In this document: piece after piece, positions 15,240 to 22,818 of the stretch
Numbering within the stretch: position 1 is the first letter of the stretch
How the letters are laid out: each line of letters begins with the position of its first letter
Virus record (IMG/VR): IMGVR_UViG_3300017446_000010
Span: 1-42,036 of that record
Length of the DNA: 42,036 nucleotides
Source of the DNA: a virus
Reading direction: 5' to 3' (one strand)
Program-made: the position numbers and the translations under genes
Notes under the pieces: model-generated
Database searches by the model: none
What the model saw: only the letters and a program-made list of their open reading frames with translations
Told to the model about the DNA's origin: nothing

Positions 15240-15899
15240 ATGCGTAACAAGATTTGGCTTTTGGCCTTGACGGGTGTTGGTTTGGTCAGCGCCTTGACCG
15301 GGTTCGAAATAGGACAGCGGCCCGCTGGCAACGACAGTGCCGCCTATGTAAGGCGACGGCCCGTCGTGCTGCTGGATCAAGCCAAAAGCTACCAGCATGG
15401 CGGCGTGCTCGTCATCGGTGATAGCATCAGCGAACGGTCGGGCATCTCTACGCTGTGCGGCTTGCCCGTCTTTAACGCTGGGATCTCGTCCGCGCGTACG
15501 AAGGACTTGGCCGACCTAACACCTAAGCTTGTAGCCGAAATCAAGCCGACGCTGGTATTCATTGCTCTGGGGACAAACGACGCAAACGCAGCGCGCCCTA
15601 CCGCAATCGACGAGTGGCAAAAGCAATACGAGGCGCTAGTCCGTTCGGTCGGACGCGTGCCTGTTGTTCTTGCAGCAGCTCCGATGATCGAACGCGGCAA
15701 AGAGCGGTCGTCCCAGTTCGACACACGTCGAATTGCGGCCATGAATGCGCGCCTGCCCAGCATCGCCGCGCGCTTCGGTGCCGTATTCGTAACTGCCGCG
15801 CCCACTTCGACGATGGACGGCGTACATCCGGACACCGCAGGCGCAGAGACTTGGCGGGGCAACCTTGCCCGGGGTTGCCCCACGAACATCACAGCGTAA
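15240..15899 (+). CDS. Secreted SGNH/GDSL-family hydrolase (esterase or deacetylase), opposite-strand moron
   Basis: Signal-like MRNKIWLLALTGVGLVSALTG. SGNH blocks are present: VIGDSIS (I), NAGISS (II), ALGTNDA (III) and DGVHP (V). The ATG at 15240 follows GGGGA. Confidence 0.8.
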   Translation: MRNKIWLLALTGVGLVSALTGFEIGQRPAGNDSAAYVRRRPVVLLDQAKSYQHGGVLVIGDSISERSGISTLCGLPVFNAGISSARTKDLADLTPKLVAEIKPTLVFIALGTNDANAARPTAIDEWQKQYEALVRSVGRVPVVLAAAPMIERGKERSSQFDTRRIAAMNARLPSIAARFGAVFVTAAPTSTMDGVHPDTAGAETWRGNLARGCPTNITA

Positions 15900-15938
15900 C
15901 TCGATTGGCTGCACTAGTAGCCTGGGGCTGGTGTCGGG

Positions 15939-18536
15939 TCATGCTGTGACCCCGGCGTTAGTCGTGCCATCAAGGTGGTAAAGACCGATAAGGCCCGTCT
16001 CAGTGCCTGCGTATGGAGCCGTGGGCGGTGTGAACCCTGCCGTGTACTTGGCGATGTTCCAGACCGCAACCTCATCAACATTGGCGGTGCTCTGGAACGT
16101 CGCCGGGGTCGTCGAGCTGTAATTGCGGATGCCGAACTTGTCGTTCGCGGTCATCAGTGCGCGACCGCTGCTGCTAGTACCGACTGCCACGCCGTCCACA
16201 TATAGAACGCCGCCTGTGTCAGCAGTGACAACCATCGCAATATGGCGGCGCACGCCATCGGTCACGACCGGGTTTGTGCCCTCGGCCGAGTTCGTTGACG
16301 TTCCGCAATAACGCGTAGTCGAGGTGGCTGAGTTATACGCACCGACGATACGCCCGAACGTGTTGACGCCGATCCACCCTGCGCGACCCTGACCAGCGAT
16401 GATGCCTAGATTGGCCGGGATCGCTGCGATGTCGATCCATGCCTCGATCGTGAACGTCTGAAGGTTGTTGAGCAGATCGGTGGTAGCAGGCGAGAAGCCG
16501 TAGCCCCCCGTCATCTTCTGCCCAAATCCACTCGCCCCCGAAGCGTAAGTAGCACTGGTCGGCGACAGGTCTGGACCAATCTTGGTGCCGGGCGTCGGGG
16601 TTGGAGTCGGTGTAGGCGTGCCGCTCGGCGCTGCCACCTGCAATGCGGCCAGGGACGCACGAAGCTGACGGCCCCGCGTGATGCCATCGCCATCGGTCCG
16701 GTTATCGTAAATCACATTGGTCTGGCCGTCTGCACTCGGATCGATCGGCGCGAACGCGTAGACGTCGAGAGCCTGACTATCGGCCGGAGCCGAGGCAAGG
16801 CGCAACGTAATGCTAGTCGCATTGACGATAATCGGCGTAGTGCTGTCGAGCGCAAGAGGGCTGGTCATCGCACCCGACCCGAAGACCGAGAAGCGGTTAG
16901 CAGGTGCGCCGACAGCAGAAACGGCCGTTGCCCCGGATGGGAAGGCGAGCGGCATAACAATATCCGTCGAACCGGATGCGCGAGTGCCCGACGCCAGCGA
17001 TGGCCCCATGTCATCCCCAGACAGGCCAAGGCCGGGACGTGCAGCACGAAAGAAGTGACCGGCGAGCGTTACCGAACCAAGCTGCGACTGATGCACGCCA
17101 TCGTAGAGGTCGAGATCATTGGCATTGATCCGCTGCGCGCCGTTGATCGTTGCCCAATTGGCCATTGCATTGCGGATCGCGAGGATCTGGGCGGGCGTGC
17201 CCCACAACGTGCTGCTGATGTTAGGGATGCTGCCGAGAAGCTTGTCGTAATTGGCACCGCGCGCGGCATTATGCGCCGTGATGTCGGCGAACAGGCTGTC
17301 GAGATTGCTCTGATAGGTTGCGGTCGCCATGCCGTTCTTGGCGTCGGTATGCCCCTGCATCCAGATGAAGGTTTCGAAACCTCCCGCCGCGTCCAGCGCA
17401 TCGCGCAAGCCCTGGTTGTCCGCACCACCGGGGATGAACCGCGTGATGCTCTGCGAACCGCGTGCATAGCCCACCAAGAAGCAGTTGACGCCGGTCGCGG
17501 CGATCCGCTTTGTGAGATAGTCCGCGGCGAATGCGCTGTTGTATGGTCCCGTGCCTTCGGCAATGCGCCCCCACGTTGGCAGTGCGGCAGCAGTCGCGGA
17601 CGGCTCAAGCGGTTGTACGAAGCACGACGCATTAGCCGGTATCGACGCCCCTACAGACGCGATGGTGACGGTTGCCTGAGAATCGCGCGCCAGCAGCATC
17701 CGGGTAGCGAGAGACTGGCCCGACACGCCGGTCGAGCTGCCCATGCCTACCAACGCTGTACCGTTTTGCCATGTCGTTCCATCGCCCGAAAGGTCGAGAT
17801 AGAACCAGCCAAGGCGCGCATCTACGCCGGCAATAGGCACGATCTGCGCGCCCGTTGCGCTGGCGGTTGCCGCAACCCAAGACGACTGAAGGATCGTCGA
17901 GCCGTCCGCAGCACGCACCCGAGCATATACGCTGCCAATCGTCGAAACATTGAGGGATACTGGGATGGTGCCCCGCCCCTTTGCCTGCCCGCCATCAGTC
18001 ATCGTCGTGCGCTGATACCCTCGGTAATCCGGGGATAGCTGCGTCATCGTAAACGCGCTTGGTGTCGGCGTAGGCGTAGGCGTAGGCGTAGGCGGCACGA
18101 TAACCCCGCCACTGGTGATGACCGCCGGAAGGACGGTATTCCGAACGATCCCCATGAAGCTCTCCGTAAGTGTTATGTCCGGCTCGCCTGCCGCAGTGAA
18201 TGTGCCTGTGACGGTGTTGCCAACGACGGTCAGCGTGGTGCCGTCGGATGCCGTCGCGGTGATCGTTGATCCCGACGTGGCGTTGCCGATCGTTGCCGAG
18301 AATGGCACGTCGGGTTCGAACTCAAGTGAGGACAAGGTCAGCGCACGCAACGACGGACCACCGCCAGACAGCGATTGATCATATGCCACCTGAGCGAGGT
18401 TCTGCGTCAGGGCGTACGCGCTTTCGAGCGCCGCGAAACGGGTCTCAAGAGCGACGATGCGGCCCAGCGCCACCTCCAGATTGTATTCTGGCAGGTTCGG
18501 GAACCCATAGTCGTTGATGCTGCTGCGACGGCGCAT
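15939..18536 (-). CDS. Tail fibre / side spike with a SASA-type carbohydrate esterase domain and a C-terminal LamG (concanavalin-like) lectin domain
   Basis: GVSGQSLA and FIWMQGHTDA resemble the sialate O-acetylesterase GQSN and WxQGE motifs. C-terminus FTIEAWI...RHIAMVV...LYVDGV...VDEVAVW is Laminin_G_3-like. There are two (PT)n linkers. Confidence 0.7.
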   Translation of the reverse strand: MRRRSSINDYGFPNLPEYNLEVALGRIVALETRFAALESAYALTQNLAQVAYDQSLSGGGPSLRALTLSSLEFEPDVPFSATIGNATSGSTITATASDGTTLTVVGNTVTGTFTAAGEPDITLTESFMGIVRNTVLPAVITSGGVIVPPTPTPTPTPTPSAFTMTQLSPDYRGYQRTTMTDGGQAKGRGTIPVSLNVSTIGSVYARVRAADGSTILQSSWVAATASATGAQIVPIAGVDARLGWFYLDLSGDGTTWQNGTALVGMGSSTGVSGQSLATRMLLARDSQATVTIASVGASIPANASCFVQPLEPSATAAALPTWGRIAEGTGPYNSAFAADYLTKRIAATGVNCFLVGYARGSQSITRFIPGGADNQGLRDALDAAGGFETFIWMQGHTDAKNGMATATYQSNLDSLFADITAHNAARGANYDKLLGSIPNISSTLWGTPAQILAIRNAMANWATINGAQRINANDLDLYDGVHQSQLGSVTLAGHFFRAARPGLGLSGDDMGPSLASGTRASGSTDIVMPLAFPSGATAVSAVGAPANRFSVFGSGAMTSPLALDSTTPIIVNATSITLRLASAPADSQALDVYAFAPIDPSADGQTNVIYDNRTDGDGITRGRQLRASLAALQVAAPSGTPTPTPTPTPGTKIGPDLSPTSATYASGASGFGQKMTGGYGFSPATTDLLNNLQTFTIEAWIDIAAIPANLGIIAGQGRAGWIGVNTFGRIVGAYNSATSTTRYCGTSTNSAEGTNPVVTDGVRRHIAMVVTADTGGVLYVDGVAVGTSSSGRALMTANDKFGIRNYSSTTPATFQSTANVDEVAVWNIAKYTAGFTPPTAPYAGTETGLIGLYHLDGTTNAGVTA
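16591..16620. repeat. Imperfect GGNGTN hexamer repeat encoding the second (TP)n linker of the fibre
   Basis: ggcgtc ggggtt ggagtc ggtgta ggcgtg; encodes TPTPTPTPTP on the - strand. Confidence 0.8.
18061..18093. repeat. Tandem GGCGTA x4 hexamer repeat encoding the first (PT)n linker of the fibre
   Basis: ggtgtc ggcgta ggcgta ggcgta ggcgta ggc read directly; encodes PTPTPTPTPTP on the - strand. Confidence 0.9.
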
Positions 18537-19015
18537 CAGGACGCCGCCACTGCACCGAACATACGCACGGTCTGCGCCGAAACCTTCTCGAGCTGGAACA
18601 CTGCGCCGTTGCCACCCGACTTCGCGAAGCCGCTCGACGAGGTCAGCGTGACGCCACTGTCACCGACCACCGTGATCTGGCCCGCGCCGTCCTGTCGGTA
18701 AGTGCCGATGATGCCGAGGGGCAAGTCGACCTGAAGCTGCGACGGGATCCGCATCGTGATCGCCCCAGCAGCCACGAAGCGAACCTCGCGGAACCGATCG
18801 GCGGGGTTCACGACCCATGACGTGTCACCCACCGTGTGGATGGCGCGCGAGGCGTCGGAAATGCTGGCGTCGGTGGTGAAGCCGGCATAGTCGCTGGCGA
18901 GCGACAGTTGCTTGTCCGCCGCGCCCTTCGCGACCAGCGTCTCGCCGTCATCGCCAAGGTAGATCGTGTTCGGCGCCTGGCCACGGGTCGATACGAGTAG
19001 GCGAACTGCGGTCAT
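18536..19015 (-). CDS. Hypothetical virion-associated protein, 159 aa
   Basis: Overlaps its neighbours on both sides. Beta-rich composition. Lies in the fibre sub-module. Confidence 0.5.
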   Translation of the reverse strand: MTAVRLLVSTRGQAPNTIYLGDDGETLVAKGAADKQLSLASDYAGFTTDASISDASRAIHTVGDTSWVVNPADRFREVRFVAAGAITMRIPSQLQVDLPLGIIGTYRQDGAGQITVVGDSGVTLTSSSGFAKSGGNGAVFQLEKVSAQTVRMFGAVAAS

Positions 19016-19536
19016 ACATCGCTCCTTGCGATTGCGATAACGGAGACGGACGCGCCTGCTGCGCTGCCGCCAAGCACGTTGAATCCGGTGAGCGTTGATG
19101 CGAGCGCGTTGACGCCCGAGATGACGCCCGTGAGCAGCGAGGATACGGATAGCTGCGACTGCGACGGCAGAGGCTGCGATCGATAGCCCTTGATAACACA
19201 GCCCGTGTAGGTCGTGCCGGACTGCACGAACGACTGCACCACCATGATCAGCGGCTGCGTCGCGCTGGCGTCGATCTCGGTCATCACGACACCCGGCTTG
19301 TTCGCGAACGTGCGCGTGAACATCACCGTCGCCGTGCCGTTTGCAGCCAGCGTCGCAAGGGTCGTGCTCGTCAGGCGCGGATGACTATGCCCCATCTGCG
19401 CGAACTGGCTTTCATCAGCCCCCGCGCTCCCCGAGGTGCTTTCCGATGAAGGGACTGTCTTCGCAGGCTTGGGGATCAGCCCCTTTACCAGCGCCTCGAC
19501 CTCGCCCAGCGTAGCGCCGCCACCTATCTCAGCCAC
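19012..19536 (-). CDS. Fibre-like minor structural protein, 174 aa
   Basis: The ...ADESQFAQMGHSHPRLTS motif resembles the (A)RxDHxHP motif common at tail-fibre N-termini. Gene-dense context. Confidence 0.45.
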   Translation of the reverse strand: MAEIGGGATLGEVEALVKGLIPKPAKTVPSSESTSGSAGADESQFAQMGHSHPRLTSTTLATLAANGTATVMFTRTFANKPGVVMTEIDASATQPLIMVVQSFVQSGTTYTGCVIKGYRSQPLPSQSQLSVSSLLTGVISGVNALASTLTGFNVLGGSAAGASVSVIAIARSDV

Positions 19537-19538
19537 GA

Positions 19539-19868
19539 TCAGAACTCCGTCGCGGTGAAGGCGCTACCTGCGGCCGACGCGATGATGCTGACGGCGCGGT
19601 TCGTGCGCACGTTCGCCGATGCGCCGGCGGGGATCGTGTAGGTGCCAGCGGATCCGATCGCAGCAGTGCCACCGACCTCGTTAATGCCGATGTTGTTCGC
19701 GCTGACGTTCTGGATGTTCAGCCCCAGCCGCTTGGTGTTCGCCGGGGCGAGCGTGGAGGCGGTCGTTCCTGCGGTGCCGCTCCGATCAACGCCAGCACCG
19801 AGCGGGTTCACACCCGCCCGGTAGCCGTTCCGCGTGTCGGGATCGATGAGTGTCGCCGACGAGCTCAC
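19539..19868 (-). CDS. Hypothetical structural protein, 109 aa
   Basis: Gly/Ala/Thr/Asn-rich, beta-type composition. Tightly packed between structural genes. Confidence 0.5.
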   Translation of the reverse strand: MSSSATLIDPDTRNGYRAGVNPLGAGVDRSGTAGTTASTLAPANTKRLGLNIQNVSANNIGINEVGGTAAIGSAGTYTIPAGASANVRTNRAVSIIASAAGSAFTATEF

Positions 19869-19870
19869 GG

Positions 19871-20299
19871 TTAAACCGCAGGCTTGTCGGTGGTCTTGTC
19901 CTCGACGATCTTGACGGGCTTTGCAGCCTTCTGATCACGCTCTTCCTCGCGCTCCGCCTTCTTGGCCTCGCGCTCGTCGTGCTTGGCCTGCTTCTCGGAG
20001 TCAGCCTGAGCTTCTTCCGCCGCCTCAACCTGTGCCTCGCGACGCAGGTTGATAATCGGGGCCTCCATCGACAGGAAGTTCGTGTCAGCCCAGTCGCCTT
20101 CGCGTTGTGCCTCCAAGGTCTTCTTGTCGACGACGAGACCCCCACCGCGGAAGGCCTCGTTGATCGTCAGTGCGCGGCCGTTGTCCGCGACACCGCTATG
20201 CTCGGGCGTGAAGCTGGGGTTGAGACCCAGTTGCGCCTTCTTTGCGGCCATCAGCTCGTCCTTGCTGACGCCGTACAGTTCCTTGTGAATATCAACCAC
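19871..20299 (-). CDS. Hypothetical head-associated protein, 142 aa, with a charged EK-rich tail
   Basis: Immediately downstream of the coat gene. C-terminus EAAEEAQADSEKQAKHDEREAKKAEREEERDQKAAK. Confidence 0.55.
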   Translation of the reverse strand: MVDIHKELYGVSKDELMAAKKAQLGLNPSFTPEHSGVADNGRALTINEAFRGGGLVVDKKTLEAQREGDWADTNFLSMEAPIINLRREAQVEAAEEAQADSEKQAKHDEREAKKAEREEERDQKAAKPVKIVEDKTTDKPAV

Positions 20300-20321
20300 G
20301 CTCAGTCTCCCTTGATCAGGC

Positions 20322-21584
20322 TCAGGCCTGGTTGAACATTACGAGGCCCATCATCTCGGTATTGAGAGCGGTGACGCCGTACGACGCATCCCAGCGAGCC
20401 TTGGTGTTGTAGGTGTTGATGTCACCCTGGCGCGCGTAGGTGAGCGTGATGCCCTGCGGCGTGGTCGCCTTCATGATGTTCCAGCCATCCTCCGAGTTCG
20501 GAGCGATGTCGGCAGGCATGAGTTCGATCGCGCCCTTGCAGAAGAACGGCGACACGGCGCCGGCCGTCGTGTTGAGCCACGTCACAACCGCACCAGCAGC
20601 AGGAGCCGCGGACACGTTCTTGTAGTCGAGCTCGGCAAGCGTGCCGCCACCACCCGAGATGATCGGAGGCGTGATGATCAGCGTGTTTGCCACCGCGCCC
20701 AGCGCCACGACGCGGAACGTCTTGAGCTGTGCCGTCGGCTGCTTCGTGATGTGATGCGTGGCGAACACACCAGCGACGGTGAAGGCATCGCCTGCCACGA
20801 CACCGGCATTCGACGACACTGCGATCGTCTGGAACCGATTATCGACTGGCGACTGCTCGCCGGTCGTTGCCGTGCTCATTGCCTTCGGAACGTAGTACTG
20901 GTTCGCGCCGCTGATCGTGATGGCGCCACCAGCTGCAGCCGTCTTCAGGACGCTGTATTCGCCCTTGATGACGTTGAAGTTGCTGATCTTGTCGACGTAC
21001 GCACGCTCGTATGCGCTCTCGACCTTGCCGGCGACGGTGCCACGCGCCGCCATATTGCTGGCGATGCTGTTCAGAACGCGGGGCGCGCCGACGAAGATAC
21101 GCTCGCCAGCCGTAGGCCCGATGCCCTGCTCGATGAACGTGGCATCCGCCTCAGCAATGTCGTCGAACCCGGTTGCAGCACCAGTGCGCTTGACGAACAC
21201 CGAACCCAGCTGAGCTGCGACGTTGAAGATGTTGAAGTTGATCTTCGACGCCAGGCCCTGCGCGGCGCTCTCGCCGATGCGCTGAAGCTGCTGCGGGTCG
21301 CGCATCTCGGTCGCCGACAGCTGAATCGGAACCGAGTTCTTGAAGCCGACCGATGCCGGCACTGCCAGCTGGGTCTTGTTGCCGAAGTTGCCGGTCTGAT
21401 CGAGACCGTTGTACACCGTCGAGATGTACGGAACGGGGCGCCAGATCGTGTCGTTCTGGCGCTCCATCTGCGCATTGGAGAGTGCGGGCGCGCGTTCGAC
21501 CGTATCGGTCATTACGAGCCCATCGGTGAAGCCCTTCAACACTTTGTCGAAGGCGATTTCTTCCGACTTAAGGAAAGCAGCCAT
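20322..21584 (-). CDS. Major capsid protein, P22 gp5 coat family
   Basis: QMERQNDTIWRPVPYIS matches P22 SMQRSSNTIWMPVEQES. VDNRFQTIAVSS...GDAFTVAGV matches VDNRFATVTLSA...GDKISFAGV. 420 aa. Confidence 0.9.
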   Translation of the reverse strand: MAAFLKSEEIAFDKVLKGFTDGLVMTDTVERAPALSNAQMERQNDTIWRPVPYISTVYNGLDQTGNFGNKTQLAVPASVGFKNSVPIQLSATEMRDPQQLQRIGESAAQGLASKINFNIFNVAAQLGSVFVKRTGAATGFDDIAEADATFIEQGIGPTAGERIFVGAPRVLNSIASNMAARGTVAGKVESAYERAYVDKISNFNVIKGEYSVLKTAAAGGAITISGANQYYVPKAMSTATTGEQSPVDNRFQTIAVSSNAGVVAGDAFTVAGVFATHHITKQPTAQLKTFRVVALGAVANTLIITPPIISGGGGTLAELDYKNVSAAPAAGAVVTWLNTTAGAVSPFFCKGAIELMPADIAPNSEDGWNIMKATTPQGITLTYARQGDINTYNTKARWDASYGVTALNTEMMGLVMFNQA

Positions 21585-21596
21585 GTCGTGTCCCTG

Positions 21597-21632
21597 AGTA
21601 GCGAGGGCTTGAGCCCTGTTAGCGCCGCTACT
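21597..21632 (-). promoter_or_regulatory. Two-tier stem-loop abutting the coat-gene RBS
   Basis: AGTAGCG...CGCTACT outer stem enclosing an AGGGC-TTGA-GCCCT hairpin. On the mRNA strand it ends 12 nt before the coat ATG, directly upstream of the AGGGA SD. Confidence 0.4.
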
Positions 21633-21676
21633 TCCTGATCACGGTTCAGGAGGGACCGATGGCGAATGGTGTTCGC

Positions 21677-21979
21677 TTACGTGGTTTTTGCTACCGGCGC
21701 AAGCGTCTTCTTCTCGCTCAGTGCGGCCGCGTCCTTCGGCGTGCGACGATAGCCATCATCACGGGCGACATCCTCTTCCTCGGAGGTGTAGACCATGACC
21801 GTCGATACGGCATGCCCATGCAGGATCTCGGTACCGCCGGCCTTGTACAGCATGCGCGGATAGTCAGCGCCGCCAGCCGGGTTGTTGCCCTGGACGCGAT
21901 CGTAGTCGACCGTGCCGTCGGTGTACCAAGGGTTCGTGGGGTTGTCGGGCTCAACGTGGCGCTTCGGCGTTTCCATCAC
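21677..21979 (-). CDS. Hypothetical protein, 100 aa, between the scaffold and coat genes
   Basis: ATGA overlap with the scaffold gene. Sequence: ...YPRMLYKAGGTEILHGHAVSTVMVYTSEEEDVARDDGY... Confidence 0.6.
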   Translation of the reverse strand: MMETPKRHVEPDNPTNPWYTDGTVDYDRVQGNNPAGGADYPRMLYKAGGTEILHGHAVSTVMVYTSEEEDVARDDGYRRTPKDAAALSEKKTLAPVAKTT

Positions 21980-22818
21980 AGGATTCCCTTCTCAGCCTTG
22001 TAGGCGATCAGTGCAGTACGATTGCCAGTGCGGCGCGCGTCGGACTCCAGCTTCTCGAGCCGTGCATCGCTGCGCCCGCCGCCCCCTGCCCCACGGTGCG
22101 CCGTCTCGGGTTGCGTGGTAGGTTTCCGTTTTGTCACCGTCGTCTCCATGTCGAGCCTTCCGACTTCACCGGCGAACTTCGCCATGTTGCTGATCTTCGC
22201 GATGGCCTCGAGCTTGTCCGGATTCTTGCCGAGCGCGTACATTAGCGGCGCCTTGTTGCGGGCAACCTGCGTCAGGATCGCGACCTGTGCTTCGTTGAGC
22301 ATGGACGTGACCTTGTCGTACGACGCATCGAAGTCCCGGACCTTCAGGCCCTCGCGCTGCCGGCCGAACTCCGCGACATCGTCCAGATATTCCTTCTGGA
22401 TCGCCTCGTTCTGCCGCTGCTGCTCGGTCTGCCTGGTGTCCGCGGCACGCTTCTTCTCGCTCCACGCCAGCAGGTCCGTCTTGAACTGGTCGGGCTTGTC
22501 CCAATAGTCGTCGATGTCGGGTTCGGGCCCGATGTCCTCGACGACCGGGGCGCCCTTCAGCTTGCGGTTCTCGGCTTCGATCTCCTTCAGGCGATTGCGC
22601 AGGTTACGCATGCCCTCGGTCTCGGTCTCGCCGCGCGCCTCGACACCGCCGAACGTGATCAGGTCGTCATCGTCATCACCCTCGGGCTGCTGAGGTTCGG
22701 CCGGCTGGTCGTCATCATCGCCAGTGCCCTCGTCGCCCTGATCCTGATCGTCGCCATTAAGATCCTGCTCGATCTCCTGCTCGTCTGCGTCGTCGATAAA
22801 CTCAGGCTGCGTCGCCAT
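21976..22818 (-). CDS. Scaffolding protein (P22 gp8 position)
   Basis: Lies between the portal and coat genes. Extremely acidic N-terminus and a helical remainder. 280 aa. Confidence 0.65.
   Translation of the reverse strand: MATQPEFIDDADEQEIEQDLNGDDQDQGDEGTGDDDDQPAEPQQPEGDDDDDLITFGGVEARGETETEGMRNLRNRLKEIEAENRKLKGAPVVEDIGPEPDIDDYWDKPDQFKTDLLAWSEKKRAADTRQTEQQRQNEAIQKEYLDDVAEFGRQREGLKVRDFDASYDKVTSMLNEAQVAILTQVARNKAPLMYALGKNPDKLEAIAKISNMAKFAGEVGRLDMETTVTKRKPTTQPETAHRGAGGGGRSDARLEKLESDARRTGNRTALIAYKAEKGIL

Noticed and set aside
17055-18038. 327-aa + strand ORF
   Set aside because: It is antisense to the 865-aa fibre gene, which has recognisable esterase and LamG motifs. The translation is Arg-rich junk.
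18061-18093. Tandem hexamer repeat as a possible CRISPR, VNTR or contingency locus
   Set aside because: It lies in-frame inside the fibre gene and encodes a (PT)n linker. The unit is a multiple of 3, so slippage cannot cause a frameshift switch, and there is no spacer-repeat architecture.
20751-21638. 295-aa + strand ORF
   Set aside because: It is antisense to the P22-type coat gene. It is a shadow ORF.
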